A DNA stretch of 64,000 nt from an uncultured archaeon. GTDB lineage: Archaea; Nanobdellota; Nanobdellia; Pacearchaeales; GW2011-AR1. The DNA lies in contig CABMGE010000001.1 in the NCBI GenBank assembly GCA_902385625.1, positions 18,765-82,764 of the forward strand. The letters are read 5' to 3'. The notes under the pieces are model-generated. The model was given only the letters and a program-made list of their open reading frames with translations. It made no database searches and was not told where the DNA came from. The translations under genes and the position numbers were made by a program. Each line of letters begins with the position of its first letter. Position 1 is the stretch's first letter. Below are positions 18,871 through 26,923 of the stretch, one piece after another.

Positions 18871-19143
18871 ATGACAAACAAATATGATAACGGGTATGAA
18901 TCGAATAGACTTAGTCCGGTAAAAGAAGAAAGAATAAGAGAGAATCTTATTGATCTCGGAAAAACCGGGATATTTCTAGGAGCTCTTTTTCTTTCATCAA
19001 TACTTCTCGCAAAAGGATGTGTTTATTGGGATAAAAATATTCAGCCAGGTTGGGATAGACATTGTGATGAGAAAATACAAGAATTAAGACAAGGTCCAAG
19101 AAGCAGTGATTTTTATCATTCTAGGGAAATTTATAGGAGATAA
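18871..19143 (+). CDS. small membrane protein, hypothetical
   Basis: 90 aa, one TM (IFLGALFLSSILLA); starts 3 nt after the radical SAM stop. Confidence 0.45.
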   Translation: MTNKYDNGYESNRLSPVKEERIRENLIDLGKTGIFLGALFLSSILLAKGCVYWDKNIQPGWDRHCDEKIQELRQGPRSSDFYHSREIYRR

Positions 19144-19164
19144 AATAATCTTTGTTCAATAATT

Positions 19165-19749
19165 CTAATTTCTTGTATTCAAATATCCATCTCCACTTTC
19201 AATAAGTCTTCTTTCAAGTTTTGCTCTTTCAATTCTTTCTTGAGCAATAACTTTTTCACACTGGGCTTTATATGTTTCTACACCTGCTTGCAATTTAACT
19301 CTTTCCACTTCATATCCTGAAATAGCTGCATCTCTTCTTGCAAGTTCTGCTTCATGCCTAGCTTTTATTAAATCTTCTTTAGCAGAATAAGCACTTTTCT
19401 CTCCTTCTAACCGAGTTATTTTAGCTTCAAGTTCAGCATTCTTTTTTTCAAGTTCATATGGCTTCATTTCTTTTTCTTTTTTTGCCATTGCTTCTCTTTG
19501 CTCAGCCCAGGCAGTTTGGGTCTCGGCTTTTATTATATCTTTTTTAAGATCTAAAAATTCATTATCTTTTCCTTTGATTGTTTTCTCATATTCTTCACAC
19601 TGTTTTCTTAAGTTTTCAGAGTCTGAACTTACATTGAATGTTACTTGTTGCGGATAATTAATTTCGCGTATTTTATATCCTGTGTATCCGCTTCCTAATA
19701 ACGCAAGAACTAATGCTCCTCCGCCTATTGTTTTTGAAAACCAGTCCAT
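19165..19749 (-). CDS. membrane-anchored coiled-coil protein
   Basis: N-terminal TM (GGGALVLALLGSG), then E/K/A-rich heptad-like sequence. Confidence 0.5.
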   Translation of the reverse strand: MDWFSKTIGGGALVLALLGSGYTGYKIREINYPQQVTFNVSSDSENLRKQCEEYEKTIKGKDNEFLDLKKDIIKAETQTAWAEQREAMAKKEKEMKPYELEKKNAELEAKITRLEGEKSAYSAKEDLIKARHEAELARRDAAISGYEVERVKLQAGVETYKAQCEKVIAQERIERAKLERRLIESGDGYLNTRN

Positions 19750-19836
19750 AATTTTAAAAGAGAATTCAAGTTTATAACTGTTTATATGATTTTTTGTATA
19801 TTCTAGAAAATAATTATTAGTTATATCTAACTGAAA

Positions 19837-20715
19837 TTAATCAAATCTATTTAGATTGATCTTTCTTTCTTCTTCAGAGGTTATTACAGAATACAACCTT
19901 TTTGCAAGTATCTGCGCATCAGGACTTTCTCCATCAATAGCTATTCTAACTTGCGTGTTTTCAAACGCAAGTAAACCACATAAGCTCAATAAATCCTTGC
20001 AATTTGCTGTTGTTCCATCTGTAAGATTGACAAATGTTACATCCATAGGGTATTTCCTTGATTCTTCTGATATTTTTATATATGCAGGGGTGCCAAGGCC
20101 AGTTCTAATGTTAACTCTTGTTTCTACAACAGTCTTATTATCCTGATTTTTTATTATAGGAGGTTGATTTGCCCTTTCTTTTCTTTCTGCTCTTATTCTT
20201 GGGACCGCAAAGAAAAGATAATCTAAAGAATAGTTTACGTCTTTTATGTCTTTTTGAATACTTTGAGATTTTTTAATAACCCTATCTGCACCTGCATCAA
20301 TAGGAAGATAATGATAATCCTCTGGCATTCCAGTATAAACTAGAATCATTATCTCCGGATCAGTATCTTTTATTCTTGAAATAAGATCAAGGCTCTTCCC
20401 ATAGATTGAACTATAATACAGCATAGGATAAGCAATTCCGCCTCTCCAGTCATTATCTTTGTTTTTTTCATAAGGAAGATGTGTAACTAGCGCATCAATC
20501 TTTTTTTCAGGCATTGATTTTTGAATTTTTTCAAGAACTTTTTCATCAAAATTATATATCCATTCAAGGTCAAATCTTGCTCTAAGTGAGTCTCTTAAAT
20601 TTCTAAATCCCTGATATCCTTCGTTGTTATGAAGTTCTTGGATTGGCAAAGAATCAGGACATATTCCATCAAGATAATCTCTTTCAACATAAAGTATGCG
20701 TTTATTTTGTGGCAT
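19837..20715 (-). CDS. receiver-like domain fused to HPr-like domain (both apparently lacking phospho-acceptor residues)
   Basis: N-half: RILYVERD, IDALVTHL, IMILVYTG, AGADRVIKK (CheY-like layout). C-half aligns by eye to HPr: GLGTPAY versus GIHARPA, KDLLSL versus KSIMGV, IAIDGESPDA versus [10 protein letters not shown]. Confidence 0.5.
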   Translation of the reverse strand: MPQNKRILYVERDYLDGICPDSLPIQELHNNEGYQGFRNLRDSLRARFDLEWIYNFDEKVLEKIQKSMPEKKIDALVTHLPYEKNKDNDWRGGIAYPMLYYSSIYGKSLDLISRIKDTDPEIMILVYTGMPEDYHYLPIDAGADRVIKKSQSIQKDIKDVNYSLDYLFFAVPRIRAERKERANQPPIIKNQDNKTVVETRVNIRTGLGTPAYIKISEESRKYPMDVTFVNLTDGTTANCKDLLSLCGLLAFENTQVRIAIDGESPDAQILAKRLYSVITSEEERKINLNRFD

Positions 20716-20816
20716 TCTATCTTAAAATAGATATTATTCAATCATCACCTCGTTTTTTTTTTAAATATAAAAAAAGAATCGGAAAAAAAGATATAAAAAA
20801 ATAAAAAATAAAAAAA

Positions 20817-22085
20817 TTAGTAGTAACTTGTTTCTCCGAATTCTTCAGTTTCTGCAGGTCTCTTTGTTAATAGCACGATTAGCACTATTAAAAGCACTAC
20901 GAAGATAATTACAAGTATTACAGTAAGAATCAATACAGTATTGCTTCCGCTTGTAACTCCAGTAACATTGCTTGTTGAAGTACTTGTTTTTTCCACATTA
21001 ACTGTGAAATCAACTTTCTTTTCAAGCCCTGATTCAGAATTAACATTCACTGTAATCAGGTGTGTACCTTCTTGAGCGCTACTAGTTGCTTTAACTTTTA
21101 CTTGAACAGTCTTACTTGAATCAGCACCAATTGTAACAATTGGTTCTGAAGCTTGTACAGTAAGTCCCTGAACTGTTTCAGGAACAATTGAATAAACAAC
21201 CATTCTACTGTTAGGATTAACTAACACTAGATCGAATGTTGTTTCTTCTCCAACTGCAATTGCTTTTGAAGTAATAGTAGGTAAAACACCTGACTGAGTT
21301 CCTTCAATAACAAGTTTCTGTTTAACAGTTGTGCTTGCGTCATAGTTATATGCTTCTACAATTACATTGTATGTTCCTGGGATAGCGTTTCTTGGTATTG
21401 ATAAATACAATACCTTGTTATTAGCGTCTCTTATGTTGTCATAAGTTTCTTCTTCACTAGGAGATAAATCTCCGAAGTAAACTGTTCTCTCAACGCCTAA
21501 TTCAGGAATTGAAGCTTTAACATATGTGTTGTCCATTCTTGAATTTCCGTTGTTTTGTAAAACAACATCAAGAGCAACAGTACTTCCAGCACTTGTTTTG
21601 TCCGGACCATCAACTGATAAGATGTTAAGACTGTAAAGATCTCTTTGCATCTCAACAGCATAATCTGCATCAACTGAGTCAAGTTCTTTTGCGCTTATTT
21701 CAACGTGTACAGATAAACCTTCTTTAAGGTTGTCAAGGTCCATACTTGAAGGAAGTTGGATTGAAAATCTCTTCACATACTCGCTTCCATTAACTACATG
21801 GAATCTAGGAGTAGATGCAGATATATCATCTTTGTACCCTTCAATTGATACCTTAACTTTAACGTCTGAAACGTCTTGATTTGCGACAAAGAAAACTTCT
21901 ACGGGAACAGTGTCTGAAACTTCACCTGCAACAGCAGGAGTAGTTGTACTTGCACTAACTCCATTGATATTCACACCAGTGATATCAACAAAGCCAGTTG
22001 AATTAGTTGCAGCAACAACTGTGTTCAAAGTCAAAGCTATGGCTAAAATTGCTAAAAAAGAAACCAAAATTGCTTTGTTTGTCAT
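20817..22085 (-). CDS. surface (S-layer-like) protein with signal peptide and C-terminal TM anchor
   Basis: N-terminal signal-like AILVSFLAILAIALTLNTVVA; T/S/V-rich beta-type sequence; C-terminal VLILTVILVIIFVVLLIVLIVLL followed by KRP. Confidence 0.6.
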   Translation of the reverse strand: MTNKAILVSFLAILAIALTLNTVVAATNSTGFVDITGVNINGVSASTTTPAVAGEVSDTVPVEVFFVANQDVSDVKVKVSIEGYKDDISASTPRFHVVNGSEYVKRFSIQLPSSMDLDNLKEGLSVHVEISAKELDSVDADYAVEMQRDLYSLNILSVDGPDKTSAGSTVALDVVLQNNGNSRMDNTYVKASIPELGVERTVYFGDLSPSEEETYDNIRDANNKVLYLSIPRNAIPGTYNVIVEAYNYDASTTVKQKLVIEGTQSGVLPTITSKAIAVGEETTFDLVLVNPNSRMVVYSIVPETVQGLTVQASEPIVTIGADSSKTVQVKVKATSSAQEGTHLITVNVNSESGLEKKVDFTVNVEKTSTSTSNVTGVTSGSNTVLILTVILVIIFVVLLIVLIVLLTKRPAETEEFGETSYY

Positions 22086-22192
22086 GTTAAGCTTTTAAAA
22101 ATTTAATTAATATTTTGACTCTAAAATACTTTATAAACATTTCGGTATTGTAATAACTATATAATAATTACAAAAACAGAAATCTTTAAATA

Positions 22193-22209
22193 GTATACCC
22201 TGGTATACC
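22193..22209 (+). promoter_or_regulatory. candidate operator: GTATACC-ctg-GTATACC
   Basis: Two GTATAC palindromes 10 bp apart. The site ends 6 nt before ATG 22215 and follows a TTTAAATA box. Confidence 0.45.
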
Positions 22210-22214
22210 TAAGT

Positions 22215-22442
22215 ATGGCAAACATCACTACAATTAAGATATCGACGGAAACAAAGGAAAGACTTGAAAAATTAAGGGAGTATGACAGGGAGACTTTTAA
22301 TGATGTTTTAAATAAGATGTTTTATGTGTTAAATATCTGTAAAAAGGACCCTATGAAAGCCCAAAGAATCCTAAATAACATTGATAGAAGAATAAAAAGA
22401 AAGGATGTAATTAAAAAAAAGATGAAAGTTGTTGAAAAATAA
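22215..22442 (+). CDS. ribbon-helix-helix (CopG/Arc-like) DNA-binding protein
   Basis: N-terminal TTIKISTETKERLEKLREYDRETFNDVLNKM, a beta-strand plus two-helix pattern. Confidence 0.55.
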   Translation: MANITTIKISTETKERLEKLREYDRETFNDVLNKMFYVLNICKKDPMKAQRILNNIDRRIKRKDVIKKKMKVVEK

Positions 22443-22443
22443 A

Positions 22444-23052
22444 ATGAGTTTGAATAACCTTTTAACAAAGCATATTGTTGATTCTACTGCAATGATCAAT
22501 GTGCTAAATCCAGTTATGGCTGCTTTAGAGATTTCTCCAATTGTGGGGATGTCAAGTGATACTTCTTTTAATGCAAGAAAATTAGGAACTCTTGCTACTT
22601 ATGGGGGTTTAGGTTTTTTATATTCTAAAGGAAGAGGGATTTCAAAAAAATTGTTTGGAATCAATGAATCTTCAGAAAAATTACATGACACTTTATACAC
22701 TGCTGGATTCTTTTTAACTTGTAGCCCTGTTTTTTACCTTGCAGCAGGTTCAAGAGATCTAAAGGAGATTGTAATTGGAACTCTTGTCAGCGTAGGTGTG
22801 GGATTTGCTTTTGGAGGAGCTACAGGATATACAGTTGATGCATTTAGAGATTTTACAGGCATTGAAGAGTCAGAAAGACTCCCTTCCTCAATTAAAAAGC
22901 AAAATTCTAAAATGAAAAAAGGTCTTGTAGCACTTGTAACTGCAGCATCAATAGGTGCAGTATCTGGGATTTATTCACTAAACAATTATCTTCATAGGCC
23001 TCAAGATTCAACTTATTCTCAAGAAGTTTCAATAGAATCCTCTCAAAAGTAA
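22444..23052 (+). CDS. AlaE-like (L-alanine exporter family) membrane protein
   Basis: By-eye similarity to E. coli AlaE: VDSTAMINVLNPVMAALEI...GMSSDTSFNAR and HDTLYTAGFFLTCSPVFYLAAG...GGATGYTVDAFRDF. Confidence 0.45.
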   Translation: MSLNNLLTKHIVDSTAMINVLNPVMAALEISPIVGMSSDTSFNARKLGTLATYGGLGFLYSKGRGISKKLFGINESSEKLHDTLYTAGFFLTCSPVFYLAAGSRDLKEIVIGTLVSVGVGFAFGGATGYTVDAFRDFTGIEESERLPSSIKKQNSKMKKGLVALVTAASIGAVSGIYSLNNYLHRPQDSTYSQEVSIESSQK

Positions 23053-23055
23053 GGC

Positions 23056-23862
23056 CTAGGCGAGTAGTTTTTCATAGATCTTAAGTCCAGCAGCAGAGTC
23101 TGATGCAGGATCTGGACTTTCATTGATTATTACAATTTCTTTGTTTTTTGGAAGATTTGGAATTAGTTCTTTCCATTTATCTTTTCCAGTTAAAATATGC
23201 CTTTTTTCGCCTTTTTCACCATACTCTATTCCTGAAAAATGGCAGTGCCATTCATTGTGTTTTCCAAATAATTTTTTTATCTTCTCATAATCTACCTTTT
23301 TATCCCTTGCTTCCACATGTGCAAAGTCAATACAAAAAGAGCATCCTGTTTCTTCGACAAGTCTTGAAATTTCATCTATACTTCCAAAAACATTTATCTT
23401 GCCCATTGTTTCAGCAGCAATCTTTATTTTCCAATTATTTTTCTTTATCTCTTTTAAAATATCAAGAACTGCATTTTTTATGTTTTCATATGTTTTTTCC
23501 TTGTCCATTCCACCAAAATAACCTGCATGAAAAACAACTCTATATGCTCCAAGTTTTTCTCCTATCCTGCAGCAGTCAATAATCCTTTGTTTACTTTCAA
23601 GAATTTTCTTTTTTTCTTTTGAATTTAGATTTAGCCAATAAGGAGCATGAATAGATAATTTTATTCCCAGTTCCTTTGCCCTTTTCCTAATTTCCTCTGC
23701 ATCAGAATCATTATGGATATATACTCCATAAGTAAACTCAATTTCACAGGCGCGAAGTCCAAGTCTTGCAAATTCTTCCAGATTTGAAATAGCATTTTTA
23801 ACAGGCCCAAGTCCACCAGGACCAAATCTTATATCAATTTTATCACCTGACTTTATTACCAT
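23056..23862 (-). CDS. nfo: endonuclease IV / xylose-isomerase-like TIM-barrel AP endonuclease
   Basis: SIHAPYWLNLNS, VVFHAGY, AAETMGK, FCIDFAHVEA, HCHFSG, in the order of the Nfo metal-ligand motifs. Confidence 0.6.
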   Translation of the reverse strand: MVIKSGDKIDIRFGPGGLGPVKNAISNLEEFARLGLRACEIEFTYGVYIHNDSDAEEIRKRAKELGIKLSIHAPYWLNLNSKEKKKILESKQRIIDCCRIGEKLGAYRVVFHAGYFGGMDKEKTYENIKNAVLDILKEIKKNNWKIKIAAETMGKINVFGSIDEISRLVEETGCSFCIDFAHVEARDKKVDYEKIKKLFGKHNEWHCHFSGIEYGEKGEKRHILTGKDKWKELIPNLPKNKEIVIINESPDPASDSAAGLKIYEKLLA

Positions 23863-23920
23863 GCTATTATAATTCTGATTTACTATTTAATTTTTTCCTA
23901 GTTTCTTGAAGTAATGATAT

Positions 23921-23938
23921 GGTATACTTTGGTATACC
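23921..23938 (-). promoter_or_regulatory. candidate operator: GTATACC-aaa-GTATACC (minus-strand reading)
   Basis: ggtatactttggtatacc. Same heptamer pair and 10-bp register as 22193..22209; about 59 nt upstream of the nfo-like ATG. Confidence 0.4.
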
Positions 23939-23989
23939 CTGCTATCTATTTGGTAATACTAAAATATTCCAGGGTAATAAGTTCCGTCT

Positions 23990-24451
23990 TTAAATTCCAG
24001 AAAAGCCTTGCTTGACTTCTCCAATATTTTGTAGAATATAATTATGCATCCGTTGTATGATTATTTCTTGCATTCCTTCTTTAAGCATGCCATTGCAACC
24101 TGATAATGTCTGTTCTGGATAAGTTCTGCTTCCGCGATCAACAATGCAGTTCATTTCCCTTCCTTGTAATTTTTCAAGTTCCACTGTTCCTTGTTTTATT
24201 TTAACAAGTCCTACTGAAACATCGCAACTGGTTTTATCATGAGTTCCTTTAACACTGTAAAGCCAAACTGACTGTGAGTCTTCTTTGTAAAAAGAAACTC
24301 GTTTGCAATTATCAACTCCGCTAAAAAAACATTCTTCATCACCACATAATTTTGTATAAACAAATAAAAAATATCCTGCTGCAACAATAATCGCAACAAC
24401 TATTACAGCAATTATAATAATTTTAACACTAATCAAACCTCTCTTTTTCAT
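23990..24451 (-). CDS. membrane-anchored Cys-containing hypothetical protein
   Basis: N-terminal TM (IIIIAVIVVAIIVAAGYFLF), six Cys in the ectodomain. Confidence 0.45.
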   Translation of the reverse strand: MKKRGLISVKIIIIAVIVVAIIVAAGYFLFVYTKLCGDEECFFSGVDNCKRVSFYKEDSQSVWLYSVKGTHDKTSCDVSVGLVKIKQGTVELEKLQGREMNCIVDRGSRTYPEQTLSGCNGMLKEGMQEIIIQRMHNYILQNIGEVKQGFSGI

Positions 24452-24593
24452 AGATATATTAGCATAAATCCATATTTAAAACTTGCTTTTAAGACCTTCA
24501 TTATATCTCTCAAACCTCTGTGGTCCTTTCTTTAGAATCAGTTTATATTAAATTGTTTTTAGCATGATTCATTCATGATAAAAACAACTCTTG

Positions 24594-25820
24594 TTACATA
24601 CTAACTAAATTAATATTAGTATCTGCATAAACAAAGTTTGTAGCAATAAGATTGTGACATCCAATCATTTCACATGCTTCAATTATTCTTGGAGTTGCTG
24701 TACCATCAATTGCAACAACATAAGGTTCTTCTTCAAGTCTAAGTCCAATAAGTCTGCCTATTGGAATCTTCCTTATTTTTTCTAATTTTTCATTAAATAT
24801 TACAGCACCCTTTGTACCTGTTAATTCTTCAATTTCACTTTTAATTGCTTCTTTTTCTTTAGCACTCATTTTCTTTATTTCTCTATTCTTTTTTTCAGAA
24901 GGCACGGCAGCTCTTTCAACAGGAGCATGTGACCTTTCATAACTAGGCCTTTCCTCACGTCTTTCATATCTGTCGTATCTTTGAACTCCTCTTGTTCTTT
25001 GTTCTCCTGAATATTCTCTTGCAGGTACTTTTTTTCGAAGTGCTTGTAGGATTTCTTTTCCTGTAAGTTCTTCAACTTCTTTTCCTTCAGGAGCCATTGT
25101 AATAAAGTCTATTTTGGCATTCTCAGTTACATTTTTGATTATTAGGTTTCCGCCTCTATCTCCATCAACAAATAATATTACTTCAGGTTTTTGCTTGCTA
25201 AGTTCCTTTATTGTATCAGGAAGCTTTGAACCATTCATTGAAATAACATTTTTTACTCCATTTTTAAGAAGATTCACAACATCTGCTCTTCCTTCAACAA
25301 TTATTAGTTCATCTCCAGATATGTCTCCACAAGGTAAATTTTCAGTGCCATAAGTCTGCATTTTTGCAACTTTAGCAGAATCTTTTATTTCAGAAGTCAT
25401 TTCACTTATTCCATTTCCAGAGTCTCCTAGTTTTTCCATTAGTCTTTTTGCTCTTTCAAGAATATAGTCTCTTTTGCTTCCTCTTACATCTTCAACACTT
25501 TCAACTTCAATATGAGTATCACTTGGGCCAACTCTTTCAATTGTTTCAAGTGCTGCAGCAATTATTGTAGTTTCTGTTTTATCCATTGCACTTGGAACTT
25601 CTATTTCTCCCTTTGTCTTTCCACCTTCATAAGTGGCATTTACTTCAATTCTTCCTATTTTGCCTGATTTTTGCAGTTCTCTCATTTCCATATCATCGCC
25701 AAGAAGTCCTTCTGTCTGACCAAATACAGCTCCGATTATGTCTGGTTTTTCTACTGCTCCATCTGCCTCAAATTTAGCATGGATTATGTATTTTATTGAT
25801 ACTGGTGATATTTTTGCCAT
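24594..25820 (-). CDS. dnaG: archaeal DNA primase DnaG (TOPRIM)
   Basis: MAKISPVSIKYIIHAKFEADGAVEKPDIIGAVFGQTEGLLG N-terminus typical of archaeal DnaG; TOPRIM IIVEGRADV...FVDGDRGG. Confidence 0.9.
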   Translation of the reverse strand: MAKISPVSIKYIIHAKFEADGAVEKPDIIGAVFGQTEGLLGDDMEMRELQKSGKIGRIEVNATYEGGKTKGEIEVPSAMDKTETTIIAAALETIERVGPSDTHIEVESVEDVRGSKRDYILERAKRLMEKLGDSGNGISEMTSEIKDSAKVAKMQTYGTENLPCGDISGDELIIVEGRADVVNLLKNGVKNVISMNGSKLPDTIKELSKQKPEVILFVDGDRGGNLIIKNVTENAKIDFITMAPEGKEVEELTGKEILQALRKKVPAREYSGEQRTRGVQRYDRYERREERPSYERSHAPVERAAVPSEKKNREIKKMSAKEKEAIKSEIEELTGTKGAVIFNEKLEKIRKIPIGRLIGLRLEEEPYVVAIDGTATPRIIEACEMIGCHNLIATNFVYADTNINLVSM

Positions 25821-26011
25821 TTTAACTTTTCTTAAGAAATAGACTCTGTTTCCAATACCTCTTATCTTTTAATCTTCAATTTTATTAATCTTTATCTTAT
25901 CTATCTTCTAAATTGAATATGAATAACGTGATTGTAAAATTGGATAATTAATAATAATTATCTATTTCTTAATATACTATTTTGATAATATGATTCTTTA
26001 TAAAGTTTTCT

Positions 26012-26452
26012 ATGGGAATTAAATCTGAAATGAGCAAAAAAATCTATTTAATTTGCCCTGTAAGAAAGGTTTCTAAGGAAATAAAGTTGTATTTGGATGA
26101 TTATGTAGAAAATCAAGAACTTCAGGGAAATATGGTTCATTATCCGCATAGAGATGTAAATCAAAATGATCCAACAGGGATGACTATTATGCTATCACAT
26201 AGGAATGCAATGGAAAAAAGTGATGAAGTCCATGCTTATTGGGTTCCAGGAAGCGAGGGAAGTGTATGCGATCTTGGAATGGTTTTAATGGCAAAAAAAC
26301 CTTTAAAGCTTATTAATAAGGAAGAAATAGAAAATTGGCTTGTAAAAAATCCAGGAAAAAGTTATACTAATGTTGTTTATGAACTAGATGCTAATTATAG
26401 GCAAACAGAAGCCTGGATAAGAATTACCAATGCCCGAGATGCAAGAAAGTAA
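26012..26452 (+). CDS. nucleoside 2-deoxyribosyltransferase-like protein (tentative)
   Basis: KIYLICPVR start and SEGSVCDLGMVLMAKKPL resemble the NDT/DUF4406 pattern; weak. Confidence 0.35.
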   Translation: MGIKSEMSKKIYLICPVRKVSKEIKLYLDDYVENQELQGNMVHYPHRDVNQNDPTGMTIMLSHRNAMEKSDEVHAYWVPGSEGSVCDLGMVLMAKKPLKLINKEEIENWLVKNPGKSYTNVVYELDANYRQTEAWIRITNARDARK

Positions 26453-26644
26453 AGATTTTAATTGTAAAATCTAAATATATAATAGAACTCTTTTTTTAAA
26501 ATGAAAATAAAATATTTTCTGTAAAATTTCGAAAGTAATAGTTCCTTTTAAAGATTTCTTTTATCGAGAATAATGATTTTTCTAACGAAAAACTTTAAAT
26601 ACTATTTTAAACAAATAAAATTAAATAAAAAATGAGGTCAAAAA

Positions 26645-26704
26645 ATGTCTGAAGAATACGACGAAGAAGAAGATATTCTTGAGGTACTCGAAGAAGAAGA
26701 TTAG
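26645..26704 (+). CDS. 19-aa acidic mini-ORF (MSEEYDEEEDILEVLEEED)
   Basis: GAGGT 5 nt upstream of the ATG; TAG followed by a long T-run; isolated in a 285-nt intergenic gap. Confidence 0.3.
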   Translation: MSEEYDEEEDILEVLEEED

Positions 26705-26737
26705 TTTTTTTATTTTTTTATTTTTTTTAACTATCTT

Positions 26738-26923
26738 CTAATATTTTTCTTTTTGTGAAGATATAGGCATAAATCCTGAACAGTTTTTGTAATTCTTGTC
26801 CTCTGCACATTTTCTTGCATTCCCATAGGGAATATAATCTGGATTAGTTGTAATTCTATCCTTGATTATTATTCTCCATTTGCAGTTTTTGCATTCACCT
26901 ACGCTGACTTCAAGTGTTTTCAT
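26738..26923 (-). CDS. small Cys-containing protein
   Basis: 61 aa, CKNC...C...C; start overlaps the DAHP synthase stop by 4 nt. Confidence 0.45.
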   Translation of the reverse strand: MKTLEVSVGECKNCKWRIIIKDRITTNPDYIPYGNARKCAEDKNYKNCSGFMPISSQKEKY

